A stretch of DNA of 64,000 nt from Euprymna scolopes (Eukaryota). Every line of letters begins with the position of its first letter. Positions within the stretch are counted from its first letter, which is position 1. Under the pieces are notes generated by a model. It did not search any database. It saw only the letters and a list, made by a program, of their open reading frames with translations, and was not told the origin of the DNA. Location: the NCBI GenBank assembly GCA_053919585.1, contig CM132783.1. One strand, written 5' to 3'. Made by a program: the position numbers and the translations under genes. Shown in pieces: positions 29,101-41,956 of the stretch.

Positions 29101-32100
29101 TACATTACAGGCCGTTGGTAACAATTAATATCTAATGGACTACACTACCATACCTTTATTTCACACGGTAATGGAAAGCATAGAAAAATCATAGCACATA
29201 ACTAAATACTCATGTACAGAATGAGTTTATAAATGCAAATGTTACTTGGGCACAGTACATTCATTTGCGGCACGGGCGCCATTAACGGTTATTATATGAG
29301 ACTAGTAATTGCTGCCACTAACGACCGTAGTATTTTTTTTTATTTTGTTTGCTTTTACAGCAGGAGTTGAGTGTATACTTCCGCCAGGCAACTTAAGTAC
29401 ACCTTTTTTTCAGGATATTCATATGAGGAGAAAATCCATGACGTATTCGCGAACAAGATGTTTTATTGTTTAATAACGAAATATTAAAACATGAACTTTG
29501 AAACACGCTTTCAATACTTATTTATAACAAAAACAAATACACAACCATATTGAATAAAATAAAACTTATTTGTTAGTACAAATGTAATCGAACAACTGAA
29601 ATAAGTAAAAAAAAGAATGCGCGCATTTGAAAGCTGGCAAGCAAACATCACAACCATATAAATTAAAATTATAATGTACCATAACACTAAAAAACGTACC
29701 TAAATTTATTTTCATGGATAAACAGACATAAAAAAACATTTAAAATCATAAAATACCTATGCCAAAACCAGCCTGTCTCTTATTTTTATTTTAAAGAATA
29801 AAACTATGCAAACACGATTCGAACATAGACCGATACTTTTAACTCATGCTCTCGTAATTATTTCATACATGGAAATACGAATAAATAATAAAAAAAAATT
29901 GAAAAAATAAATGAACGCACAATTTCTAAATAATTGTAAATCTTTACACAACGCATGCCGACAATGTAGATATATATGTAAGACAGATAAAAATTCAATG
30001 CATTGGCTTTTGATATCTTCATGATTAATTATTAATAGCTCAATTATAACAATGAATTGGAAAACATAGACATTAGATATCGTTGAACATTCCACAAGAA
30101 TGACGTCATGCATAGTAAGTAAAAATATGTACGTACGAATGTGTTTATTTTATACATATGTGTATGTATATATGTATATATAAGCGAAACGTAGTTAGTT
30201 TGAATCATTGCTGCTATGAAAGAGTATATAAAAAACAAACTGTAACACTGCATAGCAACCGGGTGTTCAAGTTAACAAACGGTAATCATGTTGAATTATA
30301 TTTTGTTTTTATTTCTTTTATGTATTTATTTATATTCAAAACACGAACGTTTAAAACAGCAATATGTGTTTACGATTTCAGATAAAAGAAAGAGAAACAT
30401 CCTTACAGTTTCGAGGTTATATCTTTTTTGGGGGGGAGGAAAGACAGCAAATACCATCTATAATATGTAAAACATCGTAAATATGGAAGTGTAAATGGGG
30501 TGTTTTGTGTCGTCAAATAGAATTAGGTTCATATGCAAAGCGTAGTTTGTTCGGCATTAAATCTATTGTGTAAATTCATACGTTAGTACGTAAAATTTTA
30601 GTTTTTATTCGTAGCATATATTTTATTATTGTATAAATTTTCACTCTTTTTTTTCTCTGTTTATTAAGGTATTATAAAGTTTTCTCATAGAAAATTGGGA
30701 AAATGGTTGGTATTTTGATTGGAGGGAGTAATAGTGTCACCGTCCTTGTAAATTGTGTCGTCGTTGGAACTTAATAAACAGTTCATTTTTTCGATGTCTT
30801 AATAATATACTGTGTATTGCTTTAAAATCTGATGATTTTTTTTTACATAAGCATCACCACTTATCAAGGCTAAGGCGCCTTCTGAGGATAAGGATTAAAG
30901 AATTTACAGTAGCAATTGGACAATATAGTAATAGTTAGTCATGTGCATTCGGTAAATTTCTATACTTATATGAAACGGCTCATCAAACACTGCTTTACCT
31001 TAGACTTGGGTGCAACCATATTGTAGTCAGCTGGAAAGCAGGAAAACGGAAGACAATTCCATAGAATGGATGACAAACAACATGTGCTTATGCAAACGGG
31101 TTATAATTTATATAATTTACTCCAATAAAGTGCACATTAATCATACAATCCATTTATATAAAATAATTTGTAATAATTTATAAGGGTTAGTGTTGAAGAT
31201 ATTATTATGCATATCCTTTTTTTTTCATTTTTGTCTTTATATTTTATCAAATCCTATTTCGCCACGGCTGCTCCGAAAAGTACTCCATAGTATTTTTTGA
31301 AAAAGTCGGCCACACCTTCTGCCACTTTATGATTATGGAGAAATCATAATTTAATAAACATCTATAATGGTTATAAGTTAAACCATCGCAACCACTCACA
31401 ATGGGAATATCCAAAATAGTAACGACTGTAACTCCAATAATTGGCCATTATATACATTACTTGAGCTCTATTAACAGATGCAGCAAAACTCGTATGAGTC
31501 GGTTTTGAATTCATCACCACACAAAAACTAAATGGCTGTACTAAACCCGACCCAAAGACACAATTCTTCGAAATAGCCTTTTTCTCATATTGCTTTCAAC
31601 CATAAACTCACCAATTTAAATAGTATATTATCCACCCGCAACTATCCTGCCCTCCAAGATATTACGCTTAACATTTTAGACTACCTATACGCTCTCTAGC
31701 AGACAATATTACGACCATAACTAAAATATAAAAACATAATTTCTCGTAATCCCAAACTAGAAACAACCCTATATTACAAGGTTAAACATTTTTTCCCAGG
31801 GTTTTATTCTTTTAGATTAAAAACAGCTCATGTTCATTTTTTTCCTGACAAATATTAAAAAAAATATCTAATATGTCACAGGATTTATGTAATGCACTCA
31901 CTCGTTAACACATTTAAAGCTTTATACACACCCGTTTACAGCATTTCAGCTTTCGTGGCTTTTTCCATGTTTTTTTTATCAAAGAGAACCTTCGCAAACT
32001 ATATAAACATGAGTACATCAGTAAGAACAGTAAATTACAAACGTATTACCATCATATGAAAAATTATACAGAAGCCCAACAGATCGTTTTCAATAGAAAT

Positions 32101-32214
32101 GGACACATATATAGCATCTTTCGTTTTCTATCACAATTAGTTATTTATTAATAACCATATTCGCTGCACATTTTTAATTGAATTTTTACTCAGATAAAGA
32201 ACTGCGTATCTTTG

Positions 32215-34080
32215 ATGTGAAAGGCTACTATTTGGAACTTAATCTGTAGGTGGACTATGTAGGAAGCTGAGCAGCATGATGTCCGTTTGCATTACAGTTG
32301 AACTTCTGCATGTTAGTAAAGTCAAAGAAACACGAACCTGGGAGAGAATTCCAAAGTCTAGTAGTTCTAAGGAAGAAACTACGAGAGTAGAAGGCTTTCT
32401 TATATCTAGGGATTTTTACATGTGTATGAGTGGGATTTTGCGGCATGTCGGGTTTGTTTGGTGTATTTACGTAAAAGGAAGTACAAGGGTTTGTTGTTCG
32501 TTCGAACACCGACCATTAAAATATATAGAGGAAGGCAACATTTTGTCAAAAGGAGAGCGGTAAAAGCTTAGCTGATAATGAGGAAACTATTAGGTTGGCT
32601 ACTCTCTCTTAACCCTTGTAAAACAGAGGAGAGACTAGTAAGATGAACTAGTCCAAACGGATCAACAATAGTCAATCCATGAGTGAATAAAATCTTGTAA
32701 ATCTACATGATACTCTCAGACGTAAGTAACTGTGAAGCACGGGATTGAGATCCACCTTATTTGCCGCAGACTTGGCTATGCACTCATTGTATCTATTTTT
32801 ACTCATATTCTCGGTTAACGTTAAGACGCGAAGTTTAAACAAACTACTTTCAGGTAATGTATCATTAACCACAACTCCTAGTGTTTGAGAAGGTTTCTTA
32901 TAGCTATTTAAAATAAGGAACTTAGTCTTGGAAGCATAAAATGTGACTATACAGTTTTATCCGTATTCAACAAAAGACCATATATCTTACTTTCGGTTTT
33001 CTAAAATAGCCTTGGATACGTGTTCATTCGTTTTCCTCTTGCGCCTATTATAGAGTGTGGTGTCGTTAACAAATATTCATATCTGAAAGATAAGTTCATC
33101 AGCGGGGGGCATTTATTAAAATCAAGAATAATAAAGGTCCACGGATCAACACTTTGAAGTACGATCCTCGACGACCATCTGCATTATTCTCTTAATAAAT
33201 AAGTATTTAATGATGTTAAATAGTTCTCACGTAAAAAGATAATATATTATTTTCATGAGAAAACTCTAATGTCATACCTTGTCAACGCCCTTGTTATATC
33301 TAAGGCAACGGCCCTAGACTCCCTGTTTCGTCAAGTTCATTGTATATACGTTCAGAGATTACAGTTTGCATATCTGCAGTAGAACGAGCTAGTCTTAACC
33401 CATACTGTTGGGCGACGAGAAGTTTATACAATTGAGGCGGTAGAAAACATCTTCATATATTAAAGACACAACTATTTTGGCTAAAAGATTGAGGAGGGTA
33501 ATTGGGCGATAATTTAATGTGCAATTTCCTTCGGCAGAATTCCTGTAAACTGGTAATTCAGAAGATTTCCATCAGTCAGGAAAGTAGGATTAATCAAGGC
33601 ATTTGTTGGAAATAACTAAGGTATGTTCAGTGGGTTTTAAAAAAGTACCGGTGGAATAAAATTAGGTCAATATTTTTTCGGTGTGTAGATATTGTGTACT
33701 TGCGAATGAGTTATTTTCAACTCATTAAATGTGGTTCCTGCTCCGAGAGGAAAGTCTGTGATAGAGTTGTTCTCTGCGTCCGAAATAAAGTTGAATGTAA
33801 AGACCGGGCAAGCAGATTATCCTTCCTGGTTTTCCTGCACACAACTTGAAGCTCGTTGTATAGCTGGGGTATTTTGATGGTCTATTATTTACTACGCTCT
33901 TATGAATTTTAAGAAGTCATGAGTTACTATTACCAGCACTTCAATGTAGTTTTATTTTGCTGTTGCTAATTCCTTCTTACAGTAACTTATAGCTTCTATA
34001 TACATTTACCTAATTGTACTAAATTCATGTGGGAGAAATCTGCGGTATACATGCTGCTTTTGAGCAATGGCAGATGTTCC
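32215..34080 (-). mobile_element. CR1-like LINE copy, decayed
   Basis: NYRPITLLNLLAK, RAVALDI and YSRSFFLRTTRLWNSLP motifs; colinear with 12294-13815. Confidence 0.85.
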
Positions 34081-34909
34081 AATAACATTAGATCTTTAAG
34101 AAATGTTGAGTTTGCTAGAGAAATTACGTGAGAGAACATGGTAGCAACTACTGTCAAGTATTTGATAGATTATACAAAGTGCACTCCTATCAATTACGCC
34201 TTAACAATTATATTTTAAGAAACGATGCTGCCTTTCAGTACATGCACACACTGCCACTGATTTACCCTTGTATGTTGTAATTTTCTGTAATATTTCGACT
34301 TATTAGAATTCTCATGCTGAGTCAAAATAAGGACCATACACATTTCTCGGATCCTCAGTTAGGTGACATTCATTTTTCCTGCGTGCTGGGACGATGTATT
34401 ACTGTTAAAATAATTATACCACCATCGACAGTCTGAAATTTTATTTTCTCGATATGTAAGCTTGTGTAATAACACTGTTCGAGCAAATGTAAACATTCTA
34501 CTTGTGAGACATCAGCATATGTTCTCATAGGTTAGATACCAACACTCGTTGTTTGATACAAAGTAGATACGTTAAATAGTTGCCGCGGGTTTCTTGGTGT
34601 GCGTTAGTGAATAGAGTGTCGTGTGTGAGGTATGTAGTTCAAGCAGAAAAAAAAAACACGCCTCACATGCAAAAGGGTATCAAATCTCGATTTCGGATTT
34701 GTTCAACTACTCAGGTTAAATGAAATCAGAACCTGGGTATATGATTCCGGGTGGATGATATGATTCAAAGTTGCTTGATAGTGAAAATAAATATATCATT
34801 CCTCACATTGTGAATAATATATCTGTAGATAGATGTTGTTCAGGAGTTGGAAAGGATCGAAAATAGTATTAATAACCAACAAAAGTCAACTTTCTTTAAA
34901 CGCGTCTAC

Positions 34910-35499
34910 ATGATCTCGAGGTGTGTACTTTTTTATGATACCATGTACCTGAGAAGGAGTGATTTTGAAATCATCACGTGTGGCGTCTTTCTGCAAAGAT
35001 AAGTCAAGTAGAGAGTGGGGTGCCTTGCCTAATGTGAAGTTTGAGGCAAACTCACTGGCAAGCAGGCTAGCCTTCTCGTTTGCCGTACAAATAACCTCCC
35101 GATTGTTTTATAGTGGGGGAATTGTTGACTGCCTATTATATACTACAATGTTGTATATTTCCAAAAAAACACGGATTCCTTTTTTTGGGGTGTCGATGCC
35201 TTTTCTTGTAGTTTCCATGTATGTTGTCTTAGATGTCGCTATTTCTCTCTTACAATTATTCTAGCTTCTATACACCTCTGCATGTTAGCACTGGACTTAT
35301 CGCCGTTGAATACGCGGTACGCATATTACCTTTGAACAATGGCAGTTGCACAAGTAGAAGTAAACCATTGAGGAGAGTGGGGCTATAGACATTTCGTGTG
35401 GAAGCATGAACTTCAATTATAGTTTGGAACCATAAAGTTGTCCCATTTGCGCACTGTTCAGCTGCAAGAGAAAATATATTTCCCCATAAAGTATTTATG
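34910..35499 (-). mobile_element. CR1-like LINE, downstream part of the copy split by the LTR element
   Basis: INTLWGNIFSLAAEQCANG...STIPPL..EKASLLASEFASN. It continues the RDFI.. frame found on the far side of the LTR element (43670+). Confidence 0.85.
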
Positions 35500-36320
35500 T
35501 GTGACATAATAAACCTAAGGGAGCAATTTGCACACATTGTGGAGCAGTAGATCCCCCAGGATCCTGAGGAGGGCCGAATAACCTGGCTAAGACCGTTTTA
35601 ATCGATCCTGGGTTTCGACAGATTTCCCAAGGAGTTAAAATAGAGAATATAAATATATATTTTATTTCATTGTCAAAATAGATATTGTTTAAAACCAGAG
35701 AAATATATTTGATGAAAGGAAACTTGGAGAATAATACTGCTAAGCCTTGGTGAACTCAAAGCCAGATGCCAGACTGATGGGTATGGCCTTGGGGGTCATG
35801 TGAGTTTGATGTATCTGTAATTCTCAGATCACAAAAATGGTGGATTTAACACCCGAAACATCTGGGGTTTCCCGATTCCGTGGCGTGATCTGATTGGCTG
35901 AGGAGATTTCCAACCCCGACCATACACCACTAGTAATACGAATTTCGCGGGGAAATTATCCAGTTTCGAAGCAGTTTCCGAAAAAATTATGCGCAAAACT
36001 CGCGGTAACCCGGCGTTCCCTGGTGAGGTGCAGTTTCCTCATCCGCCGCCGCCCGTCTGGCACTGTCTGTAAAAAAGATTTGACACTTGAAAAACTTACA
36101 AAGAACTGAACGATATTTGTAAAAACATTTTACATAAGTTTGTGAAGTAATTCTGTAGATTAGAGTTCACGTGTCTGTTATTGTTTCTTCCGACGGCTTC
36201 GATATTCGCTTTCAGCATGCATGATTCACTGTAACAACTATCAGAGAAGGTCCATACGAACCGAGCCGAGTTTCTAGACAAAAAGGGGTCCTAGCCGAGC
36301 TACACTAGCCTGGATTTACA
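35500..36320 (+). repeat. 5' LTR (821 bp)
   Basis: Starts tgtgac and ends tttaca; aligns along its full length with 42851-43669 at roughly 80% identity by eye. Confidence 0.9.
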
Positions 36321-36538
36321 TTATTGGTTTCCATTTGACCATGGTAGACGCTGTTTAGTAACCACGAAAAAGAGAGTTTTTTTGTTATCACGAACACAAA
36401 ACAAACACAGAGAAGAAAACACAAAGAGTATTTCCACGGCGAACGCAGGAGAAAAGACGTAATAAGAAAGAGACAGGCAGACAGAGACATTTGATATCAT
36501 AAATGCGTAGGGTGATTTAATTGAATTAACGAGAAACT

Positions 36539-37900
36539 ATGGTGGATTTGGATGTCAAGGGAGTCACAGGGGGGCGCGTATTAAAAGCTGGGGACAGGTG
36601 CGGATGGTTAAGGGACACTTACGGATAGCGATATTCCTATGCGGTGGATAGGCAATATGCATGGAGAATAGAACAGAGTTTGGGGTCGCCTAAGGTTACG
36701 GAGGCGTTTCGAGCCCTGGTTGGAAATTTAAGAATCCCGAGTTTCTGAGGGGGACGCGCGTGACTTGGATGACTGGCTTAAAGCGGTGGGGAAAAGGCAG
36801 ATACCTTTAAGTTTAGGAGGTTCGGAAATGGTGTTTCTTACGTACGAAGTCGCATCTGGAAGCCTGTAAAGATTCATCGGTAGACACGTCCAGGAGAACC
36901 CCAGCTTACCTGGCCACAGCTAAGGGTAGCATTGGTAAAGAATTTAGCAGCGAAAGGACGGCCGTCCGAGAATTATTAAGGCGTCGACAGCGGACTGAAG
37001 AGGAAATAAATAGTTTGGCCGAGAGGGTGTCCGAATTCGCGATAAGAGCTTTTTCCGGATCAGTCAGTCAGGGAAGGTGGACCGATTAAGGTCCTGTTGG
37101 TTGACGTAATGGGCGAGGCTATTCTTGATAGAGATATACAGTCCAACGTGTTGAAGTGTAACCCCATTAAACTAAGTAGGGCAGTAGAACTTGCGCAAAC
37201 CAGTGATCGTATTCGGGGGCGTATTAGGAGTTTGAGATTATTGAAGGAACGTTGGGGGGCCCCTACCCCTAGGAGAACGCCGAGGCCAAAGCGGGGAAGA
37301 GAGGTTAAACAACCCCGTGAGATAGTCGAGGAAGATTGAGACAAGGAAACTGACCACAAATTCTTGGAGTGCGAATTTCGATATGCTCACTAAAAACCCT
37401 ACCTAGAAGGTTAGGGTAATTATGATGGTCATCGGGCGGCGGATTGTCCGACCAAATGGGGAGATAACCCGTGGGACCTGCAGTCATACTGCCGCAAATG
37501 TAATCGACATGAACACGAGACTAAATGGTGTACCAAAGCGGCTGAACGTCACTTGGGAAAGGGCCGTTATGTTTGGCCAGAGCGACGACCTCCACCCGAG
37601 GGTAGATCAAAACGGGAGGCTACGCCTCAAAAGATGGGTGAGCAAGTCGCTCGCGCACATACTCTCTTTGCGCCGGTTTTGGGAAACGCAAATGGGTCGC
37701 CCAAGATATGAGGGCGTCGGCGACCCCGTGCGTATCAAGGCACGCGTGTTGCTGGACGTGTGGTCGAGCTGGTCAAATGGCCAGAAGCTGCTGGATGGTG
37801 GGAACACTGGTCACAGGAGGTTGGAATGTTCTCAAGGAAGAAAGAGGTTTCCAGGGCAGGGGAGAGGCCGCCACCCTAGAGAGGTCACGACGGATAGGCT
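36539..37900 (+). pseudogene. gag: gag (capsid plus nucleocapsid), frameshifted and with stops
   Basis: Capsid-like motifs: IPSF*GDARDLDDWL, LTWPQLRVAL, LLRRRQRTEEEINSLAERV and NPIKLSRAVELA. Intact CX2CX4HX4C knuckle CRKCNRHEHETKWC at 37490-37531, plus degenerate knuckles. Confidence 0.85.
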
Positions 37901-37989
37901 GTCGATGGGCGAAGAGTGGTTATTATCAGAAACAATGCAGGGGTGGTCGAGAAGACAAAAGACGCCACTTAAGGTGCGTCAATTACTGA

Positions 37990-38320
37990 CGAAAACGGAG
38001 GGGGTGACTTGCCCTGTGGAGGTGGGAGAAGAAACGTTGACAGCTCTGGTAGACACAGGAGCAGCTGGAGGAGGATGCTTATGAGAGGTTGCCTGATAGG
38101 GAACCTTTGCAGCCCGTGGATGTGGAGTAACTTATACGGACGGTACGGACCTTAAACTTGAAGAAATGACCAATAGCCTTCAAACTAGGTGGCCGAAGTG
38201 GACGAATGAGGATGTATGTCGCGAAGAATTTACGAAGAGAGTTAACACTCGGCAATGGCTGGTAACAAAGCCAGGGCGCGAAGGTTAGTTACGGGCCACC
38301 CACTCTAGCCATTCTGCTGG
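37990..38320 (+). pseudogene. pro: Retropepsin aspartic protease
   Basis: VEVGEETLTALVDTGA active site and a downstream NLRRELTLGNGW (ILG.D-like) motif. Confidence 0.85.
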
Positions 38321-38725
38321 TGACGGTCCTTTGAATACGACTGGGCGAACGAACGACATCAGTCGCAAGGCGTCCGAACCATATTTTTTCTTGAATTACC
38401 TGGGCAGCCATGAAAGGCAGATCCCATTTTATGGCGATAACTAAAGCTCCTCCGAGTGTGAGAAGACGATTAGCTGATCGGGCAATAGCCTGTTAAAGGG
38501 AGAATAAGAGAGGAGAGAGAGAATAATAATGATAATGATACAGATATATTTATAATTTAGCTGAGCCCCCCTCGAAAATTTGTATGGGTTGTTTTTTGTC
38601 GATGGCGAATAGCATAATTTAATTTGCAGATAGAAAACGCAATGAAAAACAAAGTGTGTTTTTTTCTATTTCAAAATATTGTATAATTCTAACAAGGAAA
38701 GAAAAAGAAAAGAGAAGACACAACA

Positions 38726-39091
38726 ATGTTCCTGATCCTTTCAGCATGGGTGATGTGGGTAGAAGACGAGAGTGAGTCAGCCGGCCTCCGCTGTGTGAGG
38801 GGGAGAGTGGGGCCTGCATTGTCGCCTCTACTGACTCGGTTGTTGTCAGTGAGCGGGGAGACGGTGGCGCTCGTACTTGACACTCATACCCAGGCGGCCA
38901 CCACCCCCTCACGCACATTGGAAAGGGAGGAGTATGGGGAATTATTGATTTTTCTCCTCTCCCTTTTAATTTTTTTCTTCTCTCTCTTTCCCCGCGGGGT
39001 GTATAAGCGGCGTGATCGGAACTTAATAATAAGCGTTGGGAAACTTAAGTTATGTATTACTTTTAAAATGAAAACGAGAATAATTATTTAA
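38726..39091 (+). CDS. Hypothetical small membrane protein ORF inside the LTR element (121 aa)
   Basis: Open ATG-started frame; hydrophobic LLIFLLSLLIFFFSLF followed by basic RGVYKRRDR. Function is inferred only. Confidence 0.3.
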   Translation: MFLILSAWVMWVEDESESAGLRCVRGRVGPALSPLLTRLLSVSGETVALVLDTHTQAATTPSRTLEREEYGELLIFLLSLLIFFFSLFPRGVYKRRDRNLIISVGKLKLCITFKMKTRIII

Positions 39092-40040
39092 TCAGACGTC
39101 AAGAATTTAAAAGTTCGAAGAGTTGTGCTTTTTATGTATTCAAACGGGAATTATTAGAAACATTAATTTCTGAGAGTTGAATTAATTTAAAAAAAATAGT
39201 TTTTGTTACCTCAGCCTGGACAGAATTTCGCTTATTAAACTGAACGGAATTAGTGAGAGTTCAATCGAAAATATAGGCGTTAGTTTCGATAATGAATGGA
39301 CCTTAAGGAATAATTAAAATTCTGCTTCAGTCAGAAGAATTTCTTATTTGCGAAATATTAGTTACGATGTCGCACTTTTCACGCGGGATTACTTGGAATA
39401 AATTATTAATATCAATGATAACTAAATTAAGTGCACCGAATTTGTGTGCGACAAGCGATTTATATTTTTAGATGGATTTTTCCATTGCCAGCAAATCAGG
39501 TGCGTGATGTTCGCACCTGGAGATATTAATTGAAGAAGAAAAGATTCACGTGCGATAGCGAGACGTTGACTGAATCTCCTTGTAGGGCGAGAACTGCGAG
39601 ATCGTTAAATATTACGCATTTAGTAATTATTATTTTTGTTTGTAATTAGTTGAAATGAATTCAGGAATGTTTCGACAGGACTGTTAGGATGGGCAGTGAT
39701 GCTGGTTACTCAGTGTGTCTGGGCAGGGCCCGTTCGGACACATTCTCTGGGTGAGGCGCTGAGGGGCTGGTTAGCATTTTATAATTTTTATATGTGTTTG
39801 AATTATCCAACCAGATTCGATAAATCGAGGAAATCGTGATTTCTTTGTATTTAAAAACGGGAGGACGGCACCTCCGACCTTCAGATTCCTGTGGAAAATT
39901 AGTGATAAGGAAGAATGTGTAGGACTCAATCAAGTACTTTTTTATTGGGCGTGGTGATCGACGACGGTCTTGCTCAATGCAACCGGCACCATACGTTGTG
40001 CTTGATGTATCATTTGGACTATTGAATCGCTGATCGATCA

Positions 40041-40061
40041 ATTTCTTCCTGTCGTTGTAGG
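40041..40061 (+). promoter_or_regulatory. Candidate env splice acceptor
   Basis: Pyrimidine-rich tract ending tttcttcctgtcgttgtAG|G, 2 nt upstream of the env ATG at 40063. Confidence 0.45.
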
Positions 40062-40062
40062 G

Positions 40063-41956
40063 ATGATGACAATCATGGTATTGCGCCTGTAAGGACTGCT
40101 GTGGACATCTACTGCGCTGCTTGTAAGAAGTGGTGCCATTTATCGAAAAACTAGCGAGGTAATAATCACCCAGTCGAACTGACTAGTAACTCCAGTGAAT
40201 GATTGGCGGCCTTATAGGGAATTGATTAGCACCCGTATAGGGATTAAGCAGTTTGATATATTAAGGATAAAATTAGTTAGTACCTATGAACAGGTGGGGC
40301 AATATATGCAGAGATTAGGTCCCTTAGAAGACGAGACGCGCATTTTTAGGCGCCGCTGGACCGATCAAAGGAACCATTATCACAGATTTAGGAACCCAGA
40401 CCTCAGAGAGCGATTATACCAATAATAGGCAAAACCTTGGAGACATTATTTGGAGTGGTTACAGAGGAGCATCCCGAGTTAATACGGGCCGGGATAGATC
40501 AGTTTGAGCAAGGGCAGAAAACGTTAACACAAGTTAGCAAGAAGGAGATATCAATGCTAAATATCACGAGAGTAGAAGTGCAGGAAAATAGGGAATGGCT
40601 TAATGATATAATCCGTCAATTGGAAATTTTGCATGAAGAATTGTGTAATGTGTCTAGTCGAATTGAGACTGAGTTTTCGAAAGGGGAAACCTTTATACAG
40701 AGATATTTTGAGAGTATGCTTATGTTGCGACGGCTACAACGCACCGGGCAGTCATTGCTTGAGTGGACCACTTATATAGAGAGCCGATTGGACACCCTAC
40801 AGTTAGGACATTGTCCCACAGTGTTATCAGTCCGGATCAGCGACGAAATGAGTTAGAAGATATAAGCCAAATATTATCATCACGCCTACAACTTCCAGTT
40901 AACTCCGAGGACGGAATGTGGAAATATTATAATAACCTGGGTTGTAGTGCGCGGTAGGAAGCTGAAAGAATATCAGTGTTTGTATCTATACCCCTCTGGG
41001 ATCAAGGAACTAAATACGAGGTTTATCAAGATATTACTCCACCCGTTCCATATCCACTGGACACACCCAAGTAAGGGTTGGTAGCCAGTTATAGAGTGGA
41101 GCCCGAATATGTACCGTTTAATATGGCAATAGCTAGACTCATGCTGTTGAATCACCGAGAGGCAGGAATATGCCGAAATAATGTTCTTCGAATTTGCCGG
41201 TCACAGAGTCCGTTGTATGTCACTGGGGATCATTAGTTGTGTGTGTTGGGAGTATTTCAAGAGGTGAGTGAGTGATAAATAGCGTCTGCACGGTTGAAGT
41301 GGCAAGTGGACGTATTTTTCCACTGGCTATAAGAGTAGATGGCACCTGGTTGGTATCCACGCAACAGAATATGGAATTGTTTAAGGTATGCGTTAACACG
41401 GCTTCTGAGATAATCAAGGTGAGACCAGCTTTAAATATGGTAGAACTTGACAGGGGTTATGAAGCTCAGGGAATGGGCATAGGATTACCTGCGTATTATT
41501 AGGTTAAGGAAGGATATTTGTAAAAATTTGGGCAATAACCAATGGAATAACCTCACTGACCTCTGGGACCACCTGATACATCGTTCACCGCCACATACCT
41601 GACTTAGGCTATCAAAAGCTATGGGAGGAGTTGAACAAATGAGTGGATTACAGGCCCGACCAAACGGTCTGGAAAGTACAGAGTCTAGGGATAGGCTTCA
41701 TAAGATAGTGGTTACAGGAGCGGGAGTGAGCATGCTAGTAAAGATAATTGTGATGTTGTTGGTGATTGTATGGTGCGTGAAAAGAGTGAATGTAGGAAGA
41801 AAGCAAGGTGATAAACATCTCGAACCTGATTGCACAGATGGCAGGAGAGACCCTAGTTCGAACATGCCTGTGGTTCTGGAAAATGCGGCTGCTGGTGTTA
41901 ACGAAAACGAAGTGCAACCCGAATACCTCCTTGATGCTGAAATCCAAAGGAACTGA
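40063..41956 (+). pseudogene. env: Envelope/fusion glycoprotein, F-type (baculovirus F / errantivirus env-like), decayed
   Basis: Signal-like N-terminus, then EVIITQSN*LVT..DWRPY. Furin-like RPQR (40398-40409) precedes the fusion-peptide-like AIIPIIGKTLETLFGVVTEE. Then a heptad-rich helix, LGH-LSHSVISP, LPVNSEDGMWKYY, a Cys-rich region and LPAYY. TM segment IVVTGAGVSMLVKIIVMLLVIVWCV-KR and a cytoplasmic tail close the frame. Confidence 0.8.

Noticed and set aside
36321-36345. Primer-binding site after the 5' LTR (ttattggtttccatttgacc)
   Set aside because: A TGG is in about the right place, but the match to tRNA-Glu or tRNA-Val 3' ends is too degenerate to assign.
37422-38084. 220-aa ORF as an intact gene
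   Set aside because: It is a frameshift mosaic: only its end (last knuckle and DTGA protease) is in the true frame.
39497-39519. 8-bp GC-rich hairpin caggtgcg/cgcacctg in the LTR-element spacer
   Set aside because: It could be a packaging or structural signal, but a single 8-bp stem is not distinguishable from chance without family conservation.
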